From the NCBI GenBank assembly GCA_964615775.1, contig CAZTQB010000002.1, positions 21,589-85,588 on the forward strand: a stretch of 64,000 nt of DNA. Reading direction: 5' to 3'. The DNA comes from an uncultured Candidatus Saccharibacteria bacterium. GTDB taxonomy: Bacteria > Patescibacteriota > Saccharimonadia > Saccharimonadales > 2-12-FULL-41-12. This document shows positions 12,233 through 20,819 of the stretch, piece after piece; within the stretch, counting starts at the first letter, position 1, and each line of letters opens with the position of its first letter. The notes under the pieces were generated by a model that saw only the letters and a program-made list of their open reading frames with translations, ran no database searches and was not told the DNA's origin. Made by a program: the position numbers and the translations under genes.

Positions 12233-12835
12233 GTGATCAATAATTATTACTTTATAGTTTGCTACAATGCCGTTATGAAAAATATGAATAATCAAAATAC
12301 ATTACAAGATTCATCACTGATCGCCGGCATTGGACTATTAATTATGGCAGTATTGGCTGGGTATGCCAACTTCGGTGTACTTAAAAACGGCGGTTCACAC
12401 CAACTTGCCGGTAGTTTGTTCGCAGTAGGTGCAGTTCTTGATGTATTAGTTGCGTATTGCCTGTTTAGGATATTTGCAAAAACTAAAAAATCCCTAGCAT
12501 ATGCAATGACAGCAGCTAGAATTATTTATGGATTAATATTTTTAGTCGCAGCAATAATATTGTTCAATGGAAATATTAGTCAATTTAACACAATCTGGGA
12601 TAAAGCATTGTTATTATTCGCTTTACATTTAGTTCTTTTGAGCATCCTAGTCTTTAAAACACAATTTGCACCCAAATGGTTAGCGGTTTTGCTTCTGTTG
12701 AGTGGCATCGGATATGCAGTAGATAATATAGGGAAGTATACGGTCCATAACTACTCATTAGAGCTGGCAAGCTACACATTTATTGGTGAAGTTGTGCTGA
12801 TTTTTTGGTTATTTTGGATTGGCTTTCGCAAATAA
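12233..12835 (+). CDS. hypothetical membrane protein (about 5-6 TM; DUF4386-like by general appearance)
   Basis: Hydrophobic 200-aa ORF. The likely true start is MKNMNNQ at 12275. The family assignment is tentative. Confidence 0.55.
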   Translation: MINNYYFIVCYNAVMKNMNNQNTLQDSSLIAGIGLLIMAVLAGYANFGVLKNGGSHQLAGSLFAVGAVLDVLVAYCLFRIFAKTKKSLAYAMTAARIIYGLIFLVAAIILFNGNISQFNTIWDKALLLFALHLVLLSILVFKTQFAPKWLAVLLLLSGIGYAVDNIGKYTVHNYSLELASYTFIGEVVLIFWLFWIGFRK

Positions 12836-12875
12836 CATTAGAACTAAAACTGTTAAACAAACAAATTATTTATAC

Positions 12876-15137
12876 CTATTTAGAGTACTGTTTTCCAAAG
12901 AAATTGCCATAAACAGTTTCTCTATAACATCTGTTTATATCAGAACAATTAGTTGCCTTATCGTTTTTTGAGTATTCCATAAAAGCCGCTTCTTTTTTAT
13001 GAACTTGATCAACGGTAATATTTGTCGGCATGTTTCTTACTTGGTAGCCTAAATATCTTTTTATCGGCACATTTTTCCCTGTCTGTAGGTTGTACTGCTT
13101 TAATGCCTCCCACGCATATAAACCAGTGTAGATATGGTCTGAGTGATCATATCTATGATCACCATCTTGAGTTCTAACCTCTGTAACATTGTATATATTA
13201 TAAATATCATAAAGTGCTTTAATGATTGAATTTTTATCAAACTCTGACTGCTTATCTACCGAATTTATCTTTGTACCTTCATCGTAGACTCTTTTTAGAC
13301 TTTCGTATGCTTGTTGCTTGAAACCACTTCCACCCAAGTTGCCATCAGGCAAACGAAAATATATACTTCCGACTCTGCTCCTGCCAGAAGGTTTAGCATT
13401 GTAAATATATTTTTTATCACCAACTTTTAACGGCGATACATTCCAGGCAATATTTGATCCAAGTAGGAAATTATATGCATTTTGTGAAGCTTTTTCACGT
13501 CCCAACCAATATGCTTCATTGCTGCCAGCATCACCAGCCGTCAAAAACACGGTTCTTACACAATCCCCGTTATCAATACCAGTAAATAAATCAGGACTTA
13601 AAAAAAGCAGATCATCATCTTGGTGTGCTACAACATTGACAATCGAGTTACTACCACATTTTACTTGTGTAACATCATCAATCTCTGTTGGTTTCACTGT
13701 AGACAATGGAATATATTTTCTAGATTTAGGGTTTAAAGTTTCCGGCATTTTTTTATCAAAAAAAAGTAATTGCTCACTAGGCTTATCATATGTTCCATTG
13801 ACAATCAGATTTAACCTTGGCTTTCCGTATTTTTTTATCGCTTCATCAGCTGTACATGATTTATAAGGAGTTAAACCCTGCTCATTACTAATCAAAACTG
13901 CAAAGCTTGTTTTTGTTAAGTCAGATTGCCAATTTTTACTGGTAAGCATACTGTAAGGCTCATTACAGTTACTCATTGCCTGAACCTGCAATTGTTTGCT
14001 CGACTGTTGCTTTATAGACATCACTCTCCAATAATCACCTATGATCACATGAGTCTCGCTTGATTTTAATGAATCGGCGATAAATCGATTAAGGTTATTG
14101 TATTTGGCAGTCTCTTGAATTTGCTTCGGATAAACATTATTCAAAAGATGATAAATCCCAAATAAATTTGAAAACACTAATGCAATTAAAATAATTTTTG
14201 CATGTTTTATCTTTAAGTCATATTTTCGTGTAGCCGCAGCCAACCCAACAAAACCACAAAATAATACTACTGCTAAATAACGTCCATCTACTGGATAATA
14301 ATGTTTTGTAAGCACAAAACTAGCAACTGCAACGATTGAAGACCCAAATAAGACTATTGTAACTTTTGAAACTACGTCTGGTTTGTTTTTTGACTTAACT
14401 TGATATTTCAAAATAAATACTAGCGATAAAAAACAAATGATAAAAATTAACAAATTAATAATGTAAGCATAGCCTCCCAAACTGCCTAAGTTATTGCTCA
14501 ATTCTACTGGTACATTTTTCAATAAACGCGTATCTCCACTCGGCAAAGCTCCAAAATTCATTAATATATTTAAAAATGCATATATCGAAGCAAGTGCAAA
14601 ATCATGAAAATTGGTAATTAAGTTATAAGGACTATTTGCTCCAACAATATTAGTTAAGTGCAGATTTTTTATTACTAATATAATGACCTTTGCTAAAATG
14701 AATCCTAAAATTGTTCCGACAAAAATTATAAAATATGACAGTTTTAATCTATAAAAAATTAATGCAAATAAAGTGCCGCATAACAAAAACGGTGCGAACA
14801 AAAAATCGCTAGCTATTAAAATACCGGACAGTAAAATAGCTAACCAAAAATAGTAGGACTTATAATTATTTGCTTTGCAGAAAAGCCAAACTATCGTAAT
14901 AAAAATAAGATACTCAATATTACGAGTGGTGATCATCGCCATGTTGGTGGGCAACAAACCACCTGGATATGGTTGAGCTGGAACCATTATTAGTACTGAA
15001 CTTAAGGCCAAACAAATCAAACCAAACTTAAGCTTGTCGGGATTAATCCTATATATTACATAAGCAAAAAGTCCTACACTAATAACAACAATTATTAAAT
15101 TTATCAGATGGTAAATAAAAGATGAGTAACCCAACAA
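12876..15137 (-). CDS. polytopic membrane protein fused to a C-terminal PIG-L/LmbE-family N-acetylglucosaminyl deacetylase domain
   Basis: The N-terminal ~330 aa has many TM helices. The C-terminal third carries PIG-L signatures VVAHQDDDLLFLSPD and HSDHIYTG. The annotated start is TTG. The frame stays open upstream and can be joined to ORF 15167-15454 by a 1-nt change (see findings). Confidence 0.8.
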   Translation of the reverse strand: MLGYSSFIYHLINLIIVVISVGLFAYVIYRINPDKLKFGLICLALSSVLIMVPAQPYPGGLLPTNMAMITTRNIEYLIFITIVWLFCKANNYKSYYFWLAILLSGILIASDFLFAPFLLCGTLFALIFYRLKLSYFIIFVGTILGFILAKVIILVIKNLHLTNIVGANSPYNLITNFHDFALASIYAFLNILMNFGALPSGDTRLLKNVPVELSNNLGSLGGYAYIINLLIFIICFLSLVFILKYQVKSKNKPDVVSKVTIVLFGSSIVAVASFVLTKHYYPVDGRYLAVVLFCGFVGLAAATRKYDLKIKHAKIILIALVFSNLFGIYHLLNNVYPKQIQETAKYNNLNRFIADSLKSSETHVIIGDYWRVMSIKQQSSKQLQVQAMSNCNEPYSMLTSKNWQSDLTKTSFAVLISNEQGLTPYKSCTADEAIKKYGKPRLNLIVNGTYDKPSEQLLFFDKKMPETLNPKSRKYIPLSTVKPTEIDDVTQVKCGSNSIVNVVAHQDDDLLFLSPDLFTGIDNGDCVRTVFLTAGDAGSNEAYWLGREKASQNAYNFLLGSNIAWNVSPLKVGDKKYIYNAKPSGRSRVGSIYFRLPDGNLGGSGFKQQAYESLKRVYDEGTKINSVDKQSEFDKNSIIKALYDIYNIYNVTEVRTQDGDHRYDHSDHIYTGLYAWEALKQYNLQTGKNVPIKRYLGYQVRNMPTNITVDQVHKKEAAFMEYSKNDKATNCSDINRCYRETVYGNFFGKQYSK

Positions 15138-15166
15138 ATGAAAAAGAGCGAAGATAGGCCATTTAA

Positions 15167-15454
15167 CTAAAAAAGTATGTTGAGCCGGGAAAAAGCATTT
15201 TTAAAAGTGTCGTAGCTTTCGAAAAGCTGCGAATTGACTAAATTATCAGAATTGCTTATATTGATTAAAGAGCCTAAATAAGCCCAGAAAATAGTTGTAG
15301 CAAACAATATAACGACCCCGATAACCATTACCAGGTGTCCATATAAGTTTTTTTCTTTTTTGTTAATTATTTCGCCCCTCTTTCGAGCTGAATCTTTTTT
15401 AATTTTAGTTTTGGCCATAGGTATTTTTCTTAAAAATAATTTTATATAAAGCAA
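15167..15454 (-). CDS. small membrane protein, possibly the frameshift-separated N-terminus of the downstream PIG-L fusion protein
   Basis: The likely start is MAKTKIKKDSARKRGE (15418), followed by one TM helix (LVMVIGVVILFATTIFWAYLG). The ORF ends at TAG immediately after a T6 run. Confidence 0.45.
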   Translation of the reverse strand: MLYIKLFLRKIPMAKTKIKKDSARKRGEIINKKEKNLYGHLVMVIGVVILFATTIFWAYLGSLINISNSDNLVNSQLFESYDTFKNAFSRLNILF

Positions 15455-15821
15455 AGTTCCAGCATATTATCACTAACATTGAAGTTGCTCTAATTATATA
15501 TATAGAAACCACATTTTCTAAAAAATGCAGGCAAATTAAAGTAAAAAAATAATTCCATAAAACCAAAGCTCCATACATGATGCTTTGTGTACTCAATGTA
15601 AACAATGAAAAATCTCTACTTTTAAATGCCAGTACTTTTTGCAACAAAAAAGTTATCGCTAAGCCTATCCAAAAACCTAAGCTTATCGCCACTTTCGAAT
15701 TTGCATGCAATCTAAGTGCAACAAAAATAATTATTACTTCAATCAAAAAACCTAAGCACCCCACAATAAGGTACCTTAAGAGTTTATTTTTTCTTAATTC
15801 CGATAGATCTTTTTTCATCAA
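15405..15821 (-). CDS. GtrA-family membrane protein (putative lipid-linked sugar translocase component)
   Basis: 138 aa with 4 TM helices and the GtrA-like N-terminus LRYLIVGCLGFLIEVIIIF. Confidence 0.8.
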   Translation of the reverse strand: MMKKDLSELRKNKLLRYLIVGCLGFLIEVIIIFVALRLHANSKVAISLGFWIGLAITFLLQKVLAFKSRDFSLFTLSTQSIMYGALVLWNYFFTLICLHFLENVVSIYIIRATSMLVIICWNFALYKIIFKKNTYGQN

Positions 15822-16743
15822 CTATATATATTGGACGCTTTTTTATTTCTGTGTGTATGTTTGCAATATACAACGAAACGACACCTAACGCCATCAAAAC
15901 TATGCCAATTAAAAAAATAATTAAAATAGCCAACATCGCCGGACCTGTAAATTTCCAGCCTAGCGGATCTGATAAGACCACTTGCTCTACAAGGATTGCT
16001 ATACCCGTAAAAAGCGACACGCTAGAGAAAAACACACCAATATAGCCAAAAATATAGAGCGGCAAAAGTGTCATTGAGACCAAGCTAGTAATTGCAAGTT
16101 TGATTAAATTAAAATTACTATAGGAAGGCTTTCCTGCATTTCTATTGTTTGGTTCAAAAAATACATAGTCTTTTTTGAAACCCAGCCAGTCGATCAAGCT
16201 CCTCGTCATACGACTATTCTCATGTAGATCCAAAAAAGCCTGCTGAACAGATTTATCTATCAGCCGAAAATCAGTTTATCCAGGCATCATTTCTTGCTTA
16301 GAGAGAGCATTAAAAAGTTTATAAAAAATAGTAGACCCTAGACTACGAATTGGTTTATTTTTTTGCCCACTTCTTACGCCAACCACCACATCAATACCTT
16401 TTTGCCACTTATCAATAAAATCGTGTATAAAACGAGGTGGATGCTGACCATCGGCATCAAGACTAATCACACAATCGCCATTTGCATAGTGAATACCTGC
16501 CGAAAGAGCATACTCTTTACCAAAGTTACGCGATAATGATAGTAGTTTTACTCTAGAATCAGCCTCTGCTAGTCGCTTAATAATATCCGAACTATTATCT
16601 GTACTTCCATCATCGCAATATATTATTTCATATAATGTGTCGTTGTTCTTTTTAAGCTCATCAGTTAGATCTACATTAAATACCTCAAGACCTAAACTCT
16701 TATTAAAAACAGGGACCACTACTGATAGCAAGGTCTTTTTCAT
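15784..16743 (-). pseudogene. family-2 glycosyltransferase (GtrB/CsbB-like polyprenyl-phosphate sugar synthase) interrupted by an in-frame TAA
   Basis: ORFs 16276-16743 (GT2 catalytic half: VVVPVFNK, YCDDGSTD, SLDADGQHPP) and 15784-16233 (C-terminal half with 2 TM helices) are in the same frame. The codons between them read GGA TAA ACT GAT TTT CGG CTG ATA GAT = G * T D F R L I D, which continues the conserved DFRL motif. Confidence 0.8.
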
Positions 16744-16795
16744 CTTATCTGAATAATATCACAAATATTCAGAAATTAGCTATTATTGCCTTAAT

Positions 16796-16888
16796 CTAAA
16801 GGCGTATTTCTGGAGACTGATTTTGGGCTATGTAATCTCGCTCAAATGCATTAAGCTTTTTTAAACGATTACCAGATCTTTTTGTCAT
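16796..16888 (-). CDS. possible 30-aa basic peptide
   Basis: ATG at 16888 is preceded by the strong SD GAGGGAG. It translates to MTKRSGNRLKKLNAFERDYIAQNQSPEIRL. It falls below the ORF-track length cutoff. Confidence 0.25.
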   Translation of the reverse strand: MTKRSGNRLKKLNAFERDYIAQNQSPEIRL

Positions 16889-16977
16889 AATATCTCCCTC
16901 TGTTTACGTCTACTAAGTACTACTTATTAAATCCAAATGCAGAAATAAATTCTGTAATCCAGCCGACAATTTATATT

Positions 16978-17814
16978 TTATGAATTGTCTTTTATCTCTC
17001 TATATTCACCAAGTAACTTTACTTTATAGCCTAATTTTTCTATGCTAATCAGCATCTCATCATGCCTGAGAGGTAGCTCGTAATCTATGTAAAATTTGTA
17101 ATGTCGATCATCACCGGGGATTGGGTGACTATCTAGCTTAGTTAAGTTCGAATTATAATCATTAAAAATACTTAACACGTTAAGTAATGAACCTGCTTCA
17201 TGCGAAGTCTGTATAATTACCGAACCATGAGTTGGGTTATTTTGTGTAACAACTTGACCTTTTTGGAACAAAACAAACCTAGTGTAATTCTTTGGATCAT
17301 CTTGAATTGATTCTTCTAGTACCGTTCCTTCGTACATTTGGCTGGCAAAATCACCAGCAACAGCTAGCAAACTACTGTCTTTTGCGGCCACTACCGCTTG
17401 AACAGCACTTGCCGTATCATCGTATTCTTCTCTTTTTGCTTTTGGTAGATTAGCGGTTAGCCAACCATCAACTTGAGCTAAGGCAACTGGATGAGATATT
17501 ACCACCAAGTTATTTTTAGTCTTAAGATTTTCTAAGGAAACCAGCTCATAACCAACTAAGTTCTGCTTAATGTGCAGGGTCACAGTCTGAGTTATCCACA
17601 AATCATCGCCGTTATCTAAAAGCCGGTAAATCTCATTAATTGAACCATGCAGGCTATTCTCGATTGCTACCAAACCATGAGTTGCCTCACCGTTTCTTAC
17701 TGCCGCAAAAACATCCTTAAACTTTGTCCTCGGTAAAATTTCGGCCGTTTTATTTATTAAGCTAGCTGCTTGGTCGTGAAAAGACCCTTTAACTCCCTGT
17801 ATCGCAATTTTCAT
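16978..17814 (-). CDS. pheA: prephenate dehydratase
   Basis: PDT domain (MKIAIQGVKGSFHDQAA, NYTRFVLF) followed by a C-terminal ACT domain (GSLLNVLSIFNDYNSNLTKLDSHP). Confidence 0.9.
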   Translation of the reverse strand: MKIAIQGVKGSFHDQAASLINKTAEILPRTKFKDVFAAVRNGEATHGLVAIENSLHGSINEIYRLLDNGDDLWITQTVTLHIKQNLVGYELVSLENLKTKNNLVVISHPVALAQVDGWLTANLPKAKREEYDDTASAVQAVVAAKDSSLLAVAGDFASQMYEGTVLEESIQDDPKNYTRFVLFQKGQVVTQNNPTHGSVIIQTSHEAGSLLNVLSIFNDYNSNLTKLDSHPIPGDDRHYKFYIDYELPLRHDEMLISIEKLGYKVKLLGEYREIKDNS

Positions 17815-17956
17815 TTATCTATTCTAGCAAAATATAGATGATTATTCACTTGAAACGTAGTTTTATAAACATAAATGCTTGTCAACGCTCATGGTTTGTA
17901 GTGTAATTAAATTAAGTTGGTGGGAACCAAAAATAACAAAAAGGCTTTTTTTATTT

Positions 17957-20515
17957 ATGTCCAATCCTGAGGTTTTAAGCAATATACAAACTATACCCAG
18001 CTTAAGAACCCCCGAAAAAGCTTCTAGTCCTATACTGCCAATCAACGAACATATTCCAGAAATAAGCCAGTCGCTCGCTGAAAACACAGTTACCGTCATT
18101 TCTGCACCGACTGGTTCAGGTAAAACCACTCAAATACCACAGATTGCACACCATACTGGTCTTTTCAGTCAAGTAATTGTTACTCAGCCAAGGATTGCAC
18201 CCGCCAGAGAACTATGTGAACGTGTTAGCAGCGAGATAGGCCCAAGCTGCAGCGTTGGCTACTACACCAGTCGTGAAAAATCTATTGGCAACCAAAAAGA
18301 GCAAGACATAGCCTTTTTGACAGATGGCAAGATTGCTGCTCAATTATTAGTTACTCAACCGGACAAAACCCTAAAGGACAAAAAAACACTGCTAATCATT
18401 GACGAAGTCCATGAATGGAATAAGCAAACAGAACTCTTGGTAGCAATCGCAGCCGACAGAACCAACCCCAATTCTGCAAACTATGATCCTAATTTAAGTA
18501 TTGTAATAATGAGTGCCACACTTAACAGTGACGAACTACTGACACATTTTAAGCATACAGGTCCAAAAAAGATTGATATTGAAGGACGAACCTTTCCGGT
18601 TGAAAGTCGGTTTTTGCCCTCAACCTCAGTGCAAGATACTATTCATCAAATCAATCAGAAAAGTACATCTCCTCCAACCATTGTGGCAAAATTGCCAGGT
18701 CTTGGTGAAATAGCCGCAACATCTGCTGACCTGAAGAGAGATGGCCTTACGTTACCAATCAAACACTTACATGGTCAACAGACCAAAGCTCAGCAAACAA
18801 AAGTATTAAGGTCAAAAGATACTGGATCGGTTATATTAGCTACTAACATCTCACAGACCAGCCTAACAATCCCTGGTGTAACTCATGTAGTTGACAGTGG
18901 GATCGAAAGAGTTAACCAAGTAGATTATTTAAGTGGTTTAGGTATAAGTTGTTTAATGCTGCAACATACCTCGCGGGACGGCATAATTCAGATGCAAGGC
19001 CGAACCGGCCGAACCAACCCAGGGACATACTATCTTGTTTCCTACGACGGTAAAAATCGCAGCCCAGCTCTCCACCAACGCCCCAAGACAAAAACTCCAG
19101 AGATTCAAAGAGCTAGACTTGATGATTTTGTATTAAGATTTGTCATTGCTGGGGAAGATATCAAGTCATACCCATTTGTTCACCCACCAACTGATGAGTC
19201 AATTGCAGTATCTTACGAAAGACTGAAAAACTTGGGTGCTTTAGATGAACTTGGCCAGCCAACTCTACGTGGACGTAAAATGAGCAAACTGCCTGTTGAG
19301 CCAGAGTACGCTTGTATGCTAATAGCCGCTCAAGAACAGCGACTACAGGACCAAGATATGCAATCGATAATTGATATAGTATCAATTATGCAAAATGGCG
19401 GAGTTGTTGAACGCTCCCCCAAAAAATTAAATTGGCAAGGTTTACTAACTCCAGATGACCCTGACCGTAGTAAAGAAAATCAGTCTGATTTATTTGCACA
19501 GCTAGAAGTATTTGCCAAATTAGTTAATGAAATACCTGAAAATGAGTGGTCTAGTTATGACATCAGAGAAAACGCCATCGAATTAATAAAGCGAGACCGC
19601 GAAATACTTGCTGCAAAACTTGCAATTACACTAGACAAGCCAAACCCTATAACCGACCAAGTTGCAAGAGAGAAAGTTACTGAATGTATTGCAACAGGTC
19701 AAATTAATACAATTGTGGTAGTTAGCATGGATAGATGTAGCGATGTAATTTATGGGTACAGCTCTGAGCGTTCTGCATCCAGCGTAGTAAATGCAGCAGG
19801 CAAGTTAGCAGTCGGCAACTTTTTCAGGTTGGGCATTGACCCAAATGACTATAGGTCTGTCAAGGAATCTTGCCAAGACATAACTGTTGTACCTGAAGCG
19901 GTACTTTGCAGACTAGCCAAACGTTACATGCGTGAAGTGCCTAGCAAGCAAACTCTCAAATACGACGAAAAAGCCGGAATTTTTACGGTTGAAATTCAGA
20001 GATTCTTAGGAAATACACAAATTGGTGAACGAATAATTAGAAATATTGATAAAACAAGCTTAACTACTACGGCCGATGAACTAAGCGAGCTTTATGAAAG
20101 ATTCATGTTCAGGAGTTTACAGCACGATAAGTCTAAAAAAGCTCTTCCAGTTAAAACTGCAAAAGAAATTGATGAGATCCTAAAAAATGGAACCGAAGAA
20201 ATCGCCTACGGAACCGACCCAATGACCGGCAAAGTCCTAACGGCATATAGAGGTGGAAACGGAAAGTGGTTTAAGAGCAAAGAAAGAGCCATACAAAATT
20301 TGATAGAGTCAAAGGGTAAATTAACTAGACAAAAAATAGTCAGACTCCAGAAAGTAGTAAAGGCAAATATACATGAGCTAGGCAAGGAGGCACTCTGCCC
20401 TGATGATAGGCGACTACTTGACGGAATAAAAGGACAGGGCTTAGAAGGCTTAGGAAATAATGACCTAATTAATCTACTTGAAATACTAGAAAGACTTCGC
20501 AGTTCAAGACAGTAG
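17957..20515 (+). CDS. DEAH-box ATP-dependent helicase (HrpA/HrpB-like core) with a long unassigned C-terminal region
   Basis: Motif I APTGSGKTTQIPQ, motif II DEVHEW, SAT (SATL), TNISQTSLTIPGV and QMQGRTGRTNPG. The ORF track begins at TTG 17879, but Met at 17957 is the more plausible start. Confidence 0.85.
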   Translation: MSNPEVLSNIQTIPSLRTPEKASSPILPINEHIPEISQSLAENTVTVISAPTGSGKTTQIPQIAHHTGLFSQVIVTQPRIAPARELCERVSSEIGPSCSVGYYTSREKSIGNQKEQDIAFLTDGKIAAQLLVTQPDKTLKDKKTLLIIDEVHEWNKQTELLVAIAADRTNPNSANYDPNLSIVIMSATLNSDELLTHFKHTGPKKIDIEGRTFPVESRFLPSTSVQDTIHQINQKSTSPPTIVAKLPGLGEIAATSADLKRDGLTLPIKHLHGQQTKAQQTKVLRSKDTGSVILATNISQTSLTIPGVTHVVDSGIERVNQVDYLSGLGISCLMLQHTSRDGIIQMQGRTGRTNPGTYYLVSYDGKNRSPALHQRPKTKTPEIQRARLDDFVLRFVIAGEDIKSYPFVHPPTDESIAVSYERLKNLGALDELGQPTLRGRKMSKLPVEPEYACMLIAAQEQRLQDQDMQSIIDIVSIMQNGGVVERSPKKLNWQGLLTPDDPDRSKENQSDLFAQLEVFAKLVNEIPENEWSSYDIRENAIELIKRDREILAAKLAITLDKPNPITDQVAREKVTECIATGQINTIVVVSMDRCSDVIYGYSSERSASSVVNAAGKLAVGNFFRLGIDPNDYRSVKESCQDITVVPEAVLCRLAKRYMREVPSKQTLKYDEKAGIFTVEIQRFLGNTQIGERIIRNIDKTSLTTTADELSELYERFMFRSLQHDKSKKALPVKTAKEIDEILKNGTEEIAYGTDPMTGKVLTAYRGGNGKWFKSKERAIQNLIESKGKLTRQKIVRLQKVVKANIHELGKEALCPDDRRLLDGIKGQGLEGLGNNDLINLLEILERLRSSRQ

Positions 20516-20547
20516 TTAGAGATTGCTTTTTATAATATTTCCTAATC

Positions 20548-20556
20548 TGTTATAAT
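20548..20556 (+). promoter_or_regulatory. extended -10 element TGTTATAAT upstream of the tRNA-Phe/Val cluster
   Basis: It is the same 9-mer as the element upstream of the tRNA-Gly region. No good -35 was seen. Confidence 0.4.
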
Positions 20557-20621
20557 CTATGAAACGGTTTTATTGTATTGGTTGTTTATTAACTTAATAC
20601 TTAGAATTGTTCTTGCAGATA

Positions 20622-20670
20622 TGATCTTTAGCTCAGTTGGTACTAGCAGAGCCTGAAGAGTGCAGCCTTG
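20622..20670 (+). pseudogene. degenerate 5' two-thirds of a tRNA-Phe copy
   Basis: It shares TCTTTAGCTCAGTTGGTA (18 nt) and GCCTGAAGAG (10 nt, including the GAA anticodon loop) with the intact tRNA-Phe 122 nt downstream. It lacks a T-arm and an acceptor 3' strand. Confidence 0.6.
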
Positions 20671-20743
20671 AACTTTGTTTTACAGTTCCTTTAGGGACAC
20701 AAGGTTCAAAATCTGTACTATAATAGTGTACATAGAAGAGTGT

Positions 20744-20819
20744 GGCTCTTTAGCTCAGTTGGTAGAGCAGAGGCCTGAAGAGCCTTGTGTCCCCAGTTCG
20801 AGTCTGGGAGGAGCCACCA
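20744..20819 (+). tRNA. tRNA-Phe (anticodon GAA), CCA encoded
   Basis: GGCTCTTTAGCTCAGTTGGTAGAGCAGAGGCCTGAAGAGCCTTGTGTCCCCAGTTCGAGTCTGGGAGGAGCCACCA folds as a canonical cloverleaf with A73. Confidence 0.95.

Noticed and set aside
16276-16278. In-frame TAA as evidence for an alternative genetic code
   Set aside because: TAA terminates other well-supported genes in the window (for example lemA at 7308-7310 and the membrane protein ending at 12835). All other conserved genes read through normally with code 11.
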